Assembly (NCBI GenBank): GCA_040388415.1
Contig: JAZKBV010000003.1
Span: forward strand, 47,571-111,570
DNA: 64,000 nt
Reading direction: 5' to 3'
Source: Patescibacteria group bacterium
Lineage (GTDB): Bacteria > Patescibacteriota > Minisyncoccia > Phycocordibacterales > PALSA-1337
Shown: one piece after another, positions 9,237-18,524 of the stretch
Numbering within the stretch: the stretch's first letter is position 1
Layout: each line of letters opens with the position of its first letter
Translations under genes and position numbers: made by a program
Notes under the pieces: generated by a model
What the model was told of the DNA's origin: nothing
What the model saw: only the letters and a program-made list of their open reading frames with translations
The model's database searches: none

Positions 9237-10118
9237 TTATTCGCCGCAAATAAGACAAACAACTGGCCCTTCAATTTTATGTCCTGCATACACTGCTTGC
9301 ATAGCGCCGACAACAGACAGTGCGCTGTTAGTTGAAATATCTAACCCGGTGTGTTTTTCGGTGAGCAGTTGAGCTGTCTCGATGTTTTCATTGGTTGCGA
9401 ACCAGCCATACCCGCCTGTCTTTTGAATGAGCGGGGTTAAGTCATTTTTTCTGTACGCTGTAATATCAGTGATTGCATCAGCGACCGAAGGCTCATCTGG
9501 CCCATCGTAGCTATTCAACCCATCAGAGAGCGGATGACATGAAGATGTTTGTATAATGTGTATCTGAGGAATCTTTGTGGCAGAATTATTTAAAAAATAT
9601 GTCGCCAATGCTTGAGCTGTCGTACCAGATGAGGTACCGATGAATATAGCACCGAGATTTTTGATCTGGCCAAGCTCTTCCGCGAGCGACTCATATCCTT
9701 TGAGAGCGAGGTTGTCGGTTGATTGGCGTAGACTGCGCATGCCATCATTCATCGCTTGAGTGAGTGCTTGGAGAGGGCGTTCTTTCTTGAGGATGCGGAT
9801 ATAGTCGTCGGCGTATGCGAGCAATTTTTGATATTTATGTTCAGCGACATGGTTTCCGACAAAAATATCTAATTCTAACAATGAATCTTTTTTCTCTTTG
9901 TTGAGTTTTTGGATATGGATAGCTGCAGCGAGCGCAGCATTTCCTGATGAAGAGATGGCAAAGCGGCTTTCTCCCTGATTGCGATACACTTCGATCATGA
10001 CTGGTATAGATCTGCCTTTATGTGAGCCATAGGGGCTCAAGTCTTCACGCTTGAAGTAAAGGTTGGTGACGCCAATGGCCGCTGCAAGGTCGCTATATTG
10101 TTCGAGGGGAGTCTGCAT
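9237..10118 (-). CDS. PLP-dependent fold-type-II enzyme, ACC deaminase/D-cysteine desulfhydrase-like
   Basis: LYFKREDLSPYGSHKGRS lysine motif, glycine-rich GTSSGTTAQ loop; 293 aa. Confidence 0.5.
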   Translation of the reverse strand: MQTPLEQYSDLAAAIGVTNLYFKREDLSPYGSHKGRSIPVMIEVYRNQGESRFAISSSGNAALAAAIHIQKLNKEKKDSLLELDIFVGNHVAEHKYQKLLAYADDYIRILKKERPLQALTQAMNDGMRSLRQSTDNLALKGYESLAEELGQIKNLGAIFIGTSSGTTAQALATYFLNNSATKIPQIHIIQTSSCHPLSDGLNSYDGPDEPSVADAITDITAYRKNDLTPLIQKTGGYGWFATNENIETAQLLTEKHTGLDISTNSALSVVGAMQAVYAGHKIEGPVVCLICGE

Positions 10119-10196
10119 GAAAGTATTGTCATACTATCGCATTTCAAGTACTATGGAAAGACAGCCTCGAATACATGAAGCTGCGATTTATTATCT

Positions 10197-10394
10197 ATGA
10201 TTCATCAAAACCTTAAAACCATGAATGCTAAACTTGTATGTCCAGAATGTAAAAATGACGTCGACCTATCGCGCTACCCAAACCTCGTCGTCGGTATGGT
10301 TGTCGAGTGTAACCACTGCGGTATGACGCTTGCTATCAAAGAGATCGCCGACAATGGCGAGGTCAAGGCAGATATCGTAGATGAGGGTAAATAA
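10197..10394 (+). CDS. LysW-like zinc-ribbon small protein (probable start at M9, nt 10221)
   Basis: CPECKNDVDL...PNLVVGMVVECNHCGMTLAI parallels LysW CPECGAELxLxNPELGExVxCxDCGAELEV, acidic C-terminal tail but ends DEGK, not the canonical terminal Glu. Confidence 0.4.
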   Translation: MIHQNLKTMNAKLVCPECKNDVDLSRYPNLVVGMVVECNHCGMTLAIKEIADNGEVKADIVDEGK

Positions 10395-10408
10395 GCTCGA
10401 TTAAAGAC

Positions 10409-11812
10409 TTAGCGGAGCTTATTGACTGTTTCCTCGATCATTCCTCTGAAGCCGTGTGACCCAAGAAAGACGATGCAGTCGTCTTTTTTTGTTTCTGCGA
10501 TGAGGAAGTTAACCAAAGCGGCGTCGTCTTCAAAGTACTTTACATTTTTGTGCGTTTGTTCGATCGTTTGAACCAGATCCGTGCCTTCCATAGGTTTAGC
10601 TGAATCGTCCTCGGGCACTTTGAGTTTTGTGAGACGGGGAATGACAACGACGTCAGCATCTTTAAAAGCATTGTCATATTTGTGGGCAGTTTCGTACTGA
10701 CGTCCACCGATGTTCGGTTCATATACTGCGATAATGTTGCTCTTGTACACTTCTCGGACGCTTTCGAGGACCGAGGTCGCTTTTTCGGCAGTCGGCGCAT
10801 GGCAGTCGAGGAGAGTAACGTCTCCTTCAAATCTTTTTTCAAAGCGGCGTTTGATGCCTTTGAAGTCTTTGATGGCATCGATGATCTTGTCTGTAGGTAT
10901 GCCGACTTCGTGCGCCATGGCAAAAGCAGCAGTTATATTTTCCACATTGAAACGTCCAAGCATTGGTGAATGAATTTCATAGCAGGCATCTTTTGATGTG
11001 ATCTGAAAATGAAGGCCATTTTTCGTGTAGGCGATAGAGTGATATGAATAGTCTGCAGATTCGTTTTTGCCGTAGGTGACGGCTTTTTTTCCCGTAGCCT
11101 CAAGAGTTTTTTTGACGCCATTTTCATCGATACATGCAACGATGAGACCGTCATCTGGAATGCCGGCAACTAATCTTTCAAATGTATCGAAGTAGTCCTT
11201 TTCCGTAGGATAAAGATCAGCATGGTCCCATGAGACAGAAGTGAGAAGGAGATAGGTAGGAGCATAGTACACGAACTTTGGACGGCGGTCTGAGATAGAG
11301 ACTTGGTACTCATCACCCTCGACGACGCTCCAATCAGAATCAGAAAGCGCGCCCGTAGGATGTGAAAGCGAAAGTCCACCGGTAAAATAACTTGGTGTGC
11401 GACCGCTACTGATCATGATAAATGAAAGAAGGGCGGATGCTGTCGTCTTGCCCCATGTGCCAGCAACCACGATTGAATTCTTTTTTATAAAGTATTTCTG
11501 AAGGACTTCGGCATATGAGAATGCAGGGATATTATGTTCTTGTGCGTATAGCGTTTCAGGATTAGAAGGGCTTGTACCGGTGCCACCGATCATGACGAAG
11601 TCAGGCGGTACGTTTCCGTTTGGACAGATGTTCTCAGGGTGCCAGCCAGCATAGTATTCGACGCCCGCATCTTTGAGGTATGTTGAAACAGGAGGAAAGA
11701 AACCCTTATCTGATCCAGTTACTTTGACGCCGGCTTTATGAAAAGCGATAGCGAGCGCGCTGGTTGCTACGCCGCAGATACCGATGACGTGGACGTGTTT
11801 AGGAAGATTCAT
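10409..11812 (-). CDS. Mur ligase, MurC/Mpl family (UDP-N-acetylmuramate:amino acid/peptide ligase)
   Basis: N-terminal HVHVIGICGVATSALAIAFHKAGVKVTGSDKGFFPPVSTYL (Mpl/MurC-type), P-loop VAGTWGKTT, 467 aa. Confidence 0.75.
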   Translation of the reverse strand: MNLPKHVHVIGICGVATSALAIAFHKAGVKVTGSDKGFFPPVSTYLKDAGVEYYAGWHPENICPNGNVPPDFVMIGGTGTSPSNPETLYAQEHNIPAFSYAEVLQKYFIKKNSIVVAGTWGKTTASALLSFIMISSGRTPSYFTGGLSLSHPTGALSDSDWSVVEGDEYQVSISDRRPKFVYYAPTYLLLTSVSWDHADLYPTEKDYFDTFERLVAGIPDDGLIVACIDENGVKKTLEATGKKAVTYGKNESADYSYHSIAYTKNGLHFQITSKDACYEIHSPMLGRFNVENITAAFAMAHEVGIPTDKIIDAIKDFKGIKRRFEKRFEGDVTLLDCHAPTAEKATSVLESVREVYKSNIIAVYEPNIGGRQYETAHKYDNAFKDADVVVIPRLTKLKVPEDDSAKPMEGTDLVQTIEQTHKNVKYFEDDAALVNFLIAETKKDDCIVFLGSHGFRGMIEETVNKLR

Positions 11813-11835
11813 AGAGCTATATTAGCAGATACTGC

Positions 11836-12513
11836 TTATTTCTTCACGAGTATTTTCTTCACTTCTTCAAGATCATCTGACCACTTTGTGCCATCGAACC
11901 ACTCAAGTCCAGCAAATTGGAGCTTGTAGGTATCTGTTGGGCGCTGGAGGGAACCGAGATAGACATATTTTTTAACTGTACCTTTCGCGTGGCTGATAGC
12001 CATGGTCATCATTCCCATGCCCATATCTTTTGGCGACATGTCGATATGATAAAACGGATATGAGTAATGTAGAATGTTTTTATTTTCATAACATATAGCG
12101 TAGCCAAGATTCTCCGCATCTTTTGAATATATGAAAAGGTTTGTGAAGTTGCTCTTGTTGGCATCCGTCAGCATCTCTTTTATCTTTTGCGCGCTCATGA
12201 TGCCTGGTCCGAACTTTTTCTCATAGAAATATTTCGCATCCATAGCCAACTTGTAATTGTAGTCTTTCAAAGGCACTTCAGTCGATTTGAGACTGAGTTC
12301 TTTATCAGTTGCGCCGACCTTCTTCAAAATCCTTTTATTTTCACTCGATAGCTCGAATTTACTCAAATCGATGCGCACGCTTCTTGTCTGGTGCATAACT
12401 CCTTTGCCGATGCGTGTAAAGACATAGCCCTGATCGTACATATCAGAGATATTCTTATCTGAAAAGTCAGTGATTATTTTTTCATTCCAGTGAAGGTATT
12501 CCATATAAACCAA
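11836..12513 (-). CDS. Aminoacyl-tRNA--protein transferase-like protein (Bpt/ATE_C-like, GNAT fold)
   Basis: C-terminal KYVYLGS...YKLQFAGLEWFDGTKW resembles Bpt/ATE1 C-terminal motif KYLYLGYWI..M.YK..F.P.E.L..G.W; 225 aa. Confidence 0.4.
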   Translation of the reverse strand: MVYMEYLHWNEKIITDFSDKNISDMYDQGYVFTRIGKGVMHQTRSVRIDLSKFELSSENKRILKKVGATDKELSLKSTEVPLKDYNYKLAMDAKYFYEKKFGPGIMSAQKIKEMLTDANKSNFTNLFIYSKDAENLGYAICYENKNILHYSYPFYHIDMSPKDMGMGMMTMAISHAKGTVKKYVYLGSLQRPTDTYKLQFAGLEWFDGTKWSDDLEEVKKILVKK

Positions 12514-12516
12514 GGG

Positions 12517-13644
12517 TTAGTGCAACGCCAGCCAGAATCCGAATACGACGAAGATAAAATGAATGACCCAGAAACGCATGACAGTTTTTTCTTCACTCCA
12601 ACCTTTGATCTCAAAATGATGATGAAGAGGAGCCATAGCAAAGACTTTTCTGCCAAAGAGGTATCGTGAGCCGACTTGTATGAGGACTGAAAAAGCTTCG
12701 ATATAGAACATGAAGCCGAGGAAAAAGAGAGAGCTGAGCTCACCGATAGCGAGCGTGTTCACTGCGAGGAGGGCACCCAAGCCGAGCGATCCCACGTCGC
12801 CCATCATGAATCGAGCTGGTTTGATATTGAAATACGTATAGGTCGCCAGTGCACCCACGGTTGTCGCATTCAGAATAGCGATCTCTCCAAAACCGTTGAT
12901 CCATGAGAGGAGGGCGAGGGCGCTAAATGTGGTGACGAGCATGCCGCCAGCGAGGCCGTCCATGCCATCAGCGATGTTGACTGCATTCGCTGTGAACATA
13001 ACTACAAGGATGACGATCGGCACGATGAACCAACCTGCATCGATCGCGAAGTTGAAAGGAAAATAGATGAAATGCCACGCAGGCCCGAGTCTCCAATAGA
13101 CCCACCAGGCGGTCACACTTCCAGCGATGAATTGGAGGATGAGCTTTTCATGGACAAGGACACCGCGACGTGTACGCGAACCGAACCAGACTGAGAGGCG
13201 CTTGAACATAGTCCAAGGGAGCGTGATGATGTACCAGAGACGCATCGACCACTGCTTGTGGATGCGTATGAGTATGAGGATATGTTTGAGCTTGCGTGAA
13301 TGGCGTTCTGCGCCATATATGCTCATGAGATCGTCGACTCCTCCCAAAAGAGCAGAGATGAGCATAACTGCAATCGGTACCCACGTAAAACTGCGAGACC
13401 AATTGAAAAGGAATGTGATGATAGCCACTGTCAGGATGACGAGTAGTCCTCCCATGACTGGTGTTTTTGATTTATATGCATGTGAGCCGAGCCCTTGAAG
13501 CTCAGTTTTGGCTCCTTTGACGACATTGTAGCGATAGAGCAGTCGAGTGAGGAATGGTGCCCAGAGAAAAGAAACGATGGTGCCTGCCAGCATAAAACCC
13601 ATAATATAAGCCAAATCAGCGGTTCCTTGGAGAATGCTTAACAT
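12517..13644 (-). CDS. mraY: Phospho-N-acetylmuramoyl-pentapeptide transferase
   Basis: KSKTPVMGGL, NAVNIADGMDGLAGG, MGDVGSLGLG, APLHHHFE motifs; 10 TM. Confidence 0.9.
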   Translation of the reverse strand: MLSILQGTADLAYIMGFMLAGTIVSFLWAPFLTRLLYRYNVVKGAKTELQGLGSHAYKSKTPVMGGLLVILTVAIITFLFNWSRSFTWVPIAVMLISALLGGVDDLMSIYGAERHSRKLKHILILIRIHKQWSMRLWYIITLPWTMFKRLSVWFGSRTRRGVLVHEKLILQFIAGSVTAWWVYWRLGPAWHFIYFPFNFAIDAGWFIVPIVILVVMFTANAVNIADGMDGLAGGMLVTTFSALALLSWINGFGEIAILNATTVGALATYTYFNIKPARFMMGDVGSLGLGALLAVNTLAIGELSSLFFLGFMFYIEAFSVLIQVGSRYLFGRKVFAMAPLHHHFEIKGWSEEKTVMRFWVIHFIFVVFGFWLALH

Positions 13645-13684
13645 ACGTTACAGCGTAGCATGTTTTACTGTTATTTTGAACCTT

Positions 13685-14464
13685 TTAGGAGAAGATGTGC
13701 AGGCGTCGAAGCGAGGTGAGTGATTTTTGTGCACGGGCATATATACGGTTCATTGGGCCCGTAGTGCCACCTTCGGTCCAAACTTGTTCAGTGATCGGTT
13801 TTTCTGGATTAAGTATCTCGACGACGCCTTGCTTGATGCCGCTTCCGTATATGCCATCTTCAGGATACGCGACTGCATGCGCATAGTGTATTTTTGCTGG
13901 AGTGAAGTTTTGATATTCAATCTGATATATGACAAGCACATGATCGCGATCTGTGCCATCAGGTCCGCCGATCATAGTAATGATATCTCCAGGTTGAGCT
14001 TCTTTGATCTCGATTGTTCTACTGTTTTTCTCATGAGCAAATGTTGCGACGTCACAATTCTCGATAGGGCGGAGAGCGCAGCGTACTTTACCGATCAATC
14101 CGGTGCAGTTAATGAAATGTATATGTTTGTCGAGCGATCCTTTTTTTAATTCTTGGGATTCAGTATTCAATACATAGTAAGCAAATGCTGAACAGTCGAT
14201 ACCTATGTTGTTATCAGTGAGTGTTTTTTTGAGGAGCTCATTTGTGACTGCCGACTGATCAGCATGATCTTTGAGCATGATGCTCTTTATCTCCTCGAAT
14301 ATTTCTTGCGGGCTACCTTTGCCTATAGTGCTTCGGAGGGCGGCGCGTGCTCGCGTCGTCTTGTTGTTGAAATAAGGTATAGAGCAAACCGCTCCGCCAA
14401 TAGTAAAATGGAGATATTGGTCGATGACAGATAAGGCTCGGTTTGAGAGTGTCTTGGTATTCAT
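13685..14464 (-). CDS. Putative papain-fold cysteine hydrolase (NlpC/P60-CHAP-like)
   Basis: GIDCSAFAYYVL (Cys motif) and GDIITMIGG...DHVLVIY (His motif) in correct order; 259 aa. Confidence 0.35.
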   Translation of the reverse strand: MNTKTLSNRALSVIDQYLHFTIGGAVCSIPYFNNKTTRARAALRSTIGKGSPQEIFEEIKSIMLKDHADQSAVTNELLKKTLTDNNIGIDCSAFAYYVLNTESQELKKGSLDKHIHFINCTGLIGKVRCALRPIENCDVATFAHEKNSRTIEIKEAQPGDIITMIGGPDGTDRDHVLVIYQIEYQNFTPAKIHYAHAVAYPEDGIYGSGIKQGVVEILNPEKPITEQVWTEGGTTGPMNRIYARAQKSLTSLRRLHIFS

Positions 14465-14479
14465 ATGTGGATTATATCA

Positions 14480-15730
14480 CTACTGACTGCTCATCACGTC
14501 GACGATCTCTTTTCCTCGCTTGTTGAATCTACCATGAGTCTCCATGATGCCAAGCATGCTCTGGATACGGAGAAGATCAGTATTCTCATCAATATTAGGG
14601 TAAAGAATAGTCTGATGTCCAAGCTTGGCAAGAGCTTGTAACTGTTTATCAGAAATACTTTGTGTGATGCGGGTCACGCGCTGGATGATCTGTGAGCCGT
14701 CGTTTATCGGAATGATGCGCTCTTCTCCTTTCTCCTTTCTCCTTTCTTCTAATGCGCCAAGGTGCGCCTCAAATATAGTCTGACCATCGACGCCGAGCTC
14801 ACGATTCTTCTGTTGCAACTGCGACTCATATGTCGTTGATGCTGGCTGGCGCGCATTGATCTCGATCAAGAATATCTTGTTCAATTCATCGTCGCGCATA
14901 ACATCGATGCCGAAGAGGCCTCTCCAACCGTCAGTCTGTAGTTTGCCTGCTACATCGGTAGCCATGGCTTCTATGACGCCGATCTCATCTTCATTCAATA
15001 GGGAATGGGTGAGCGACCAGTCGTTACCTATTGTGGTGAACAGATTTTCGGTGAATGGGGGAATACCAGTGATCTGGTAGCTGATATTGCCGAGAAATAT
15101 ATTTTTTTCACTGACTACGACATTGAGTGTGAACGAAGGGCCGTGCACATATGAACTGACGCGCGCAAGTCTTTCAGGAAATTTTTCTTGCACAGCTTTG
15201 AGTTCATCGGCTGAATTGACCAATGTGGTACCGAGACCCGTATGGCTATGGGCCCATTGAATGATTAACGGCTTCTTATTCCACATGATATCTTTGGCTA
15301 TGGTAAGCGAATGAGCAGGGAGGTATTTTTCACCGAGTGCGCCAAGATATTCTACTTGGGTCATTTTATTTTCGATCTTTTCTGCGAGCATGCTTGAGGG
15401 GTTCAACAAGTTCCAGTTATTTTTTTTGCAGATTTCTTCTATCTGAGGTGTATTTTTGAATACAAGAATCGAGATATTATTTACAGCGATATTTTTAATG
15501 AATGAATGGACAGCCTCATGGTTGAGCAACTCGCGCGTATCCAAAAGCTCGCCATCTTTTTGCGTTGTTTCTATCAAATGAATAAAGTCAGGATAGATTT
15601 TTTTGACTGATTCCGCATACGCAGTCTTATTCGCCATGATTTGATAGCCTGCATGTGGCTGTGCGCCTAAAGCGCGTTCAATATCGCGTGTGACGTAGAG
15701 TGCAACAGGGGTTTCGGATGATTTTGCCAT
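14480..15730 (-). CDS. ATP-grasp domain ligase with N-terminal extra domain
   Basis: C-terminal GWRGLFGIDVM...KIFLIEINARQ ATP-grasp signature; 416 aa. Confidence 0.6.
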   Translation of the reverse strand: MAKSSETPVALYVTRDIERALGAQPHAGYQIMANKTAYAESVKKIYPDFIHLIETTQKDGELLDTRELLNHEAVHSFIKNIAVNNISILVFKNTPQIEEICKKNNWNLLNPSSMLAEKIENKMTQVEYLGALGEKYLPAHSLTIAKDIMWNKKPLIIQWAHSHTGLGTTLVNSADELKAVQEKFPERLARVSSYVHGPSFTLNVVVSEKNIFLGNISYQITGIPPFTENLFTTIGNDWSLTHSLLNEDEIGVIEAMATDVAGKLQTDGWRGLFGIDVMRDDELNKIFLIEINARQPASTTYESQLQQKNRELGVDGQTIFEAHLGALEERRKEKGEERIIPINDGSQIIQRVTRITQSISDKQLQALAKLGHQTILYPNIDENTDLLRIQSMLGIMETHGRFNKRGKEIVDVMSSQ

Positions 15731-15758
15731 AGAGCCAGTTTACTGTTAAAGTGCATTC

Positions 15759-16457
15759 ATGTCCATATTTTCTATTATCGGAACCCCTATCGGCAACCTC
15801 GACGACATTACGCTTCGTGCATTGAAGACTCTTGCGAGCTCAAATCTCGTTTTGTGTGAAGATACGCGTATGACAAAGCGATTATTCGACAGGCATGCTA
15901 TTTCAGTACCGATGAAGTCGTACCACATGCATAGCAAGATATCTCGTGTCGACGAGATTATCTCTCTTCTCAAAGAAGGTAAGAACATTTCTCTCGTTTC
16001 AGATGCAGGCACTCCTGGCATCTCTGATCCTGGCGCAGAGCTTGTCACAAGGATTAGAAAAGAGTGCGCGGTTGAAATTGTGAATGGCGAACTGAAGATA
16101 GAAGCGATCCCTGGCCCATCAGCACTGACGTCAGCTCTTTCTATTGCGGGCGTACCATGTGCAGATTTCACCTTCCTCGGTTTTTTGCCTCATAAAAAGG
16201 GGAGAGAAACTCTTTTTAAAGAAATCGCTGTATCAGAACGCACGATGGTCTTCTATGAATCGCCACATCGTATTTTGAAAACACTTGATTCTCTGGTTGA
16301 ACATCTCGGTATCACGAAAAAAGTCACTGTGTGCCGCGAGCTTACAAAAATATTTGAAGAAGTGGTCGCAGGTACAGCACAGGAAGTAAAAGCATATTTT
16401 GAAGTACATGCAGATAAAGTGCGCGGCGAGTTCGTGGTCATTGTGAGCGGGGAATAA
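15759..16457 (+). CDS. rsmI: 16S rRNA (cytidine1402-2'-O)-methyltransferase
   Basis: GTPIGNLDDITLRALKTL, LCEDTR, tetrapyrrole-methylase fold, 232 aa. Confidence 0.85.
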   Translation: MSIFSIIGTPIGNLDDITLRALKTLASSNLVLCEDTRMTKRLFDRHAISVPMKSYHMHSKISRVDEIISLLKEGKNISLVSDAGTPGISDPGAELVTRIRKECAVEIVNGELKIEAIPGPSALTSALSIAGVPCADFTFLGFLPHKKGRETLFKEIAVSERTMVFYESPHRILKTLDSLVEHLGITKKVTVCRELTKIFEEVVAGTAQEVKAYFEVHADKVRGEFVVIVSGE

Positions 16458-16490
16458 AAACCGCAGGTGTTGATGCTGCGGTGTGTTACT
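16455..16490. terminator. Hairpin ccgcag-gtgttgat-ctgcgg between convergent genes
   Basis: 6-bp GC stem, flanked by A-run upstream and T-rich downstream. Confidence 0.4.
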
Positions 16491-16932
16491 TGGGCCGTTC
16501 TCGTGCCAATGAAATAAATTCATTGACATCGTGTATATCTTCATCACGAGTTGAAAGGATGGCTAGTCCATCGCTGAACTGTATGATGAGCGTCTGGTCG
16601 CATTCTTTTTCTGAAAGAACTTTGTGTGTATCAATCAACTTGAATGGTTGCCAGTGATCCGAAAATTGAATTACTGGATCACTTGTTAGAATTAGGTGGT
16701 GATCTAAGTTGATTTCCGCTCGGATTTCTTCGCCGGGGCAATATTCAGCCATTGGCTGCACACGAAGTTTGCACTCCAGTCCAGAATCTATAGTGATACT
16801 GGATAGGAATCCGATAAACCATTTTTCTTTTTTGTAAATCCGCACAACTGCCCTTTGGTCGTCCGAACGACTTTCAGGCAAGTACGGATGTATCATTTCC
16901 TCGGTGAGAGGAATAGTGTCGCTAATTTTCAT
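16486..16932 (-). CDS. Hypothetical protein (148 aa)
   Basis: Clean ORF convergent with rsmI; no recognisable motif. Confidence 0.45.
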   Translation of the reverse strand: MKISDTIPLTEEMIHPYLPESRSDDQRAVVRIYKKEKWFIGFLSSITIDSGLECKLRVQPMAEYCPGEEIRAEINLDHHLILTSDPVIQFSDHWQPFKLIDTHKVLSEKECDQTLIIQFSDGLAILSTRDEDIHDVNEFISLARERPK

Positions 16933-17004
16933 ATCCGTATTTTGTTGTGTTTTAACGTTTCCTTCTGGTGCTATCGTATCATTTTAAGGTATAATCGTAA
17001 AACT

Positions 17005-17289
17005 ATGTCAAAACGCCAATTAATTATTCTATTTGCTGCTCTTATTATTTTATTCACTCTCGTTCTAGGTCTACGGTCAGTGTGGACGTCGACGCTCAAC
17101 ATCATATTGGCTCTTCTTATCATCGCGGTTGCGTATACAACCACTCGACCATCTCAAAATTCGGCCAAGAAATCAATGAATGCGCCGTACGTCGACGCTC
17201 ATGGTGGCACATCATCCGCGCCAGCATTCCGCGCTCCTGCTCCGTCTGAACCTGAACCAGAAGCAAAAGAACCAACTCCACAAATATAA
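17005..17289 (+). CDS. Small membrane protein with Pro/Ala/Glu-rich tail (94 aa)
   Basis: ATG at 17005 preceded by TATAAT at ~16990; one or two TM helices (LIILFAALIILFTLVLGL; LNIILALLIIAVAY). Confidence 0.45.
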   Translation: MSKRQLIILFAALIILFTLVLGLRSVWTSTLNIILALLIIAVAYTTTRPSQNSAKKSMNAPYVDAHGGTSSAPAFRAPAPSEPEPEAKEPTPQI

Positions 17290-18524
17290 TGAAGATTCGC
17301 GAGTATAGCGCAAAAGCCCAGATCGCAACGGTCATTGTAGTGGCTTTTGTTCTTGTCCTTGCAGGTGTCTCGTGTGCGTGGTTCTTGCCACTCGGTAAAG
17401 TTTCATATTCAGATCAATCAGCTTATGCCGCTACGAGCACACCTGCTGTTGTCGCAGTTGAAATTGCCTCTACAACTCCTGTATTTGTGGTCACCCATAT
17501 CACTACACCTCAACCAGTCAAAGCGGCATACTATACCAGTTGGGCTGCGGGCACACCTTCATTTAAAAAACAAATGTTCGCGCTCATCGATGATTCTGAG
17601 CTTAATAGTCTCGTCATCGACGTAAAAGATTATAGTGGACGAATCAGTTTTCCCATGGATGACCCAAAGATACGTAAGATAGGATCGGTGCAGGAGCGCA
17701 TCCCTGAGATCAAAGAGATGATAGGGCAGCTTCATGACAAGGGTATATATGTCATCGGCCGGGTGGCAGTCTTCCAGGATCCATTTATTGTGAAGGTCCA
17801 CCCTGAATGGGCGGTGCTCGACAAACGAACAGGTAAACAATGGAAAGATTCGGGCGGTGCATATTGGGCTGATCCAGACAAAAAAGAGATGTGGGATTAT
17901 GTCACTACGATCGCCAAAGAGGCATATGCGGTCGGCTTTGATGAAATCAATTTTGACTACGTACGTTTTCCTTCTGATGGTGCTCTTGGCAATGCTCTAT
18001 TTGATAAGCCAGCAAGTACGACGAAGGCAGTTGCACTCAAAGAGTTTTTCTCATATCTACATGATGAATTATCACCACTTGGTATCACGATTTCAGCGGA
18101 TATTTTTGGTCAGGTGACAAGCGATAAAGGAGACATGGGCATAGGTCAGCATTTTGAGAATGTATTGCCATATTTTGATTACGTCAGTCCTATGGTATAT
18201 CCGTCCCATTACATCTCAGGATTTTTGAATTATACAAAGCCCGCAGAGCATCCTTACGAGATCGTTAAATATGAATTGGATACAGCGGTAGCGCGAGCAA
18301 TCGCTGCTTCATCAAGCCCAGAGAAGATCCGTCCATGGCTTCAGGCATTCGATCTCGGCGCTATCTATACACCTGCAATGGTTCATACCCAGATGCAAGC
18401 CACAGCTGACGCGGGCGCGAATGGGTGGCTGCTTTGGAATGCAGGATCAGTGTACAAGAGGGAATTTGTCATGCCATATATGCACGCAACGACTACAGCA
18501 AAAGCTCCTGTGAAAGTCATATAG
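17289..18524 (+). CDS. Putative secreted/membrane-anchored glycoside hydrolase-like TIM-barrel protein (DUF4015/GHL-like)
   Basis: N-terminal TM anchor, then SLVIDVKDYSG, YVIGRVAVFQD, GFDEINFDYVRFP, YVSPMVYPSHY motifs typical of putative glycosyl hydrolase-like family. Confidence 0.4.
   Translation: MKIREYSAKAQIATVIVVAFVLVLAGVSCAWFLPLGKVSYSDQSAYAATSTPAVVAVEIASTTPVFVVTHITTPQPVKAAYYTSWAAGTPSFKKQMFALIDDSELNSLVIDVKDYSGRISFPMDDPKIRKIGSVQERIPEIKEMIGQLHDKGIYVIGRVAVFQDPFIVKVHPEWAVLDKRTGKQWKDSGGAYWADPDKKEMWDYVTTIAKEAYAVGFDEINFDYVRFPSDGALGNALFDKPASTTKAVALKEFFSYLHDELSPLGITISADIFGQVTSDKGDMGIGQHFENVLPYFDYVSPMVYPSHYISGFLNYTKPAEHPYEIVKYELDTAVARAIAASSSPEKIRPWLQAFDLGAIYTPAMVHTQMQATADAGANGWLLWNAGSVYKREFVMPYMHATTTAKAPVKVI

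Noticed and set aside
10197-10394. Calling this gene lysW outright
   Set aside because: The zinc-ribbon pattern matches, but the terminal residue is Lys rather than Glu and no LysX/Z/Y/J/K partners are present. It is kept as LysW-like only.
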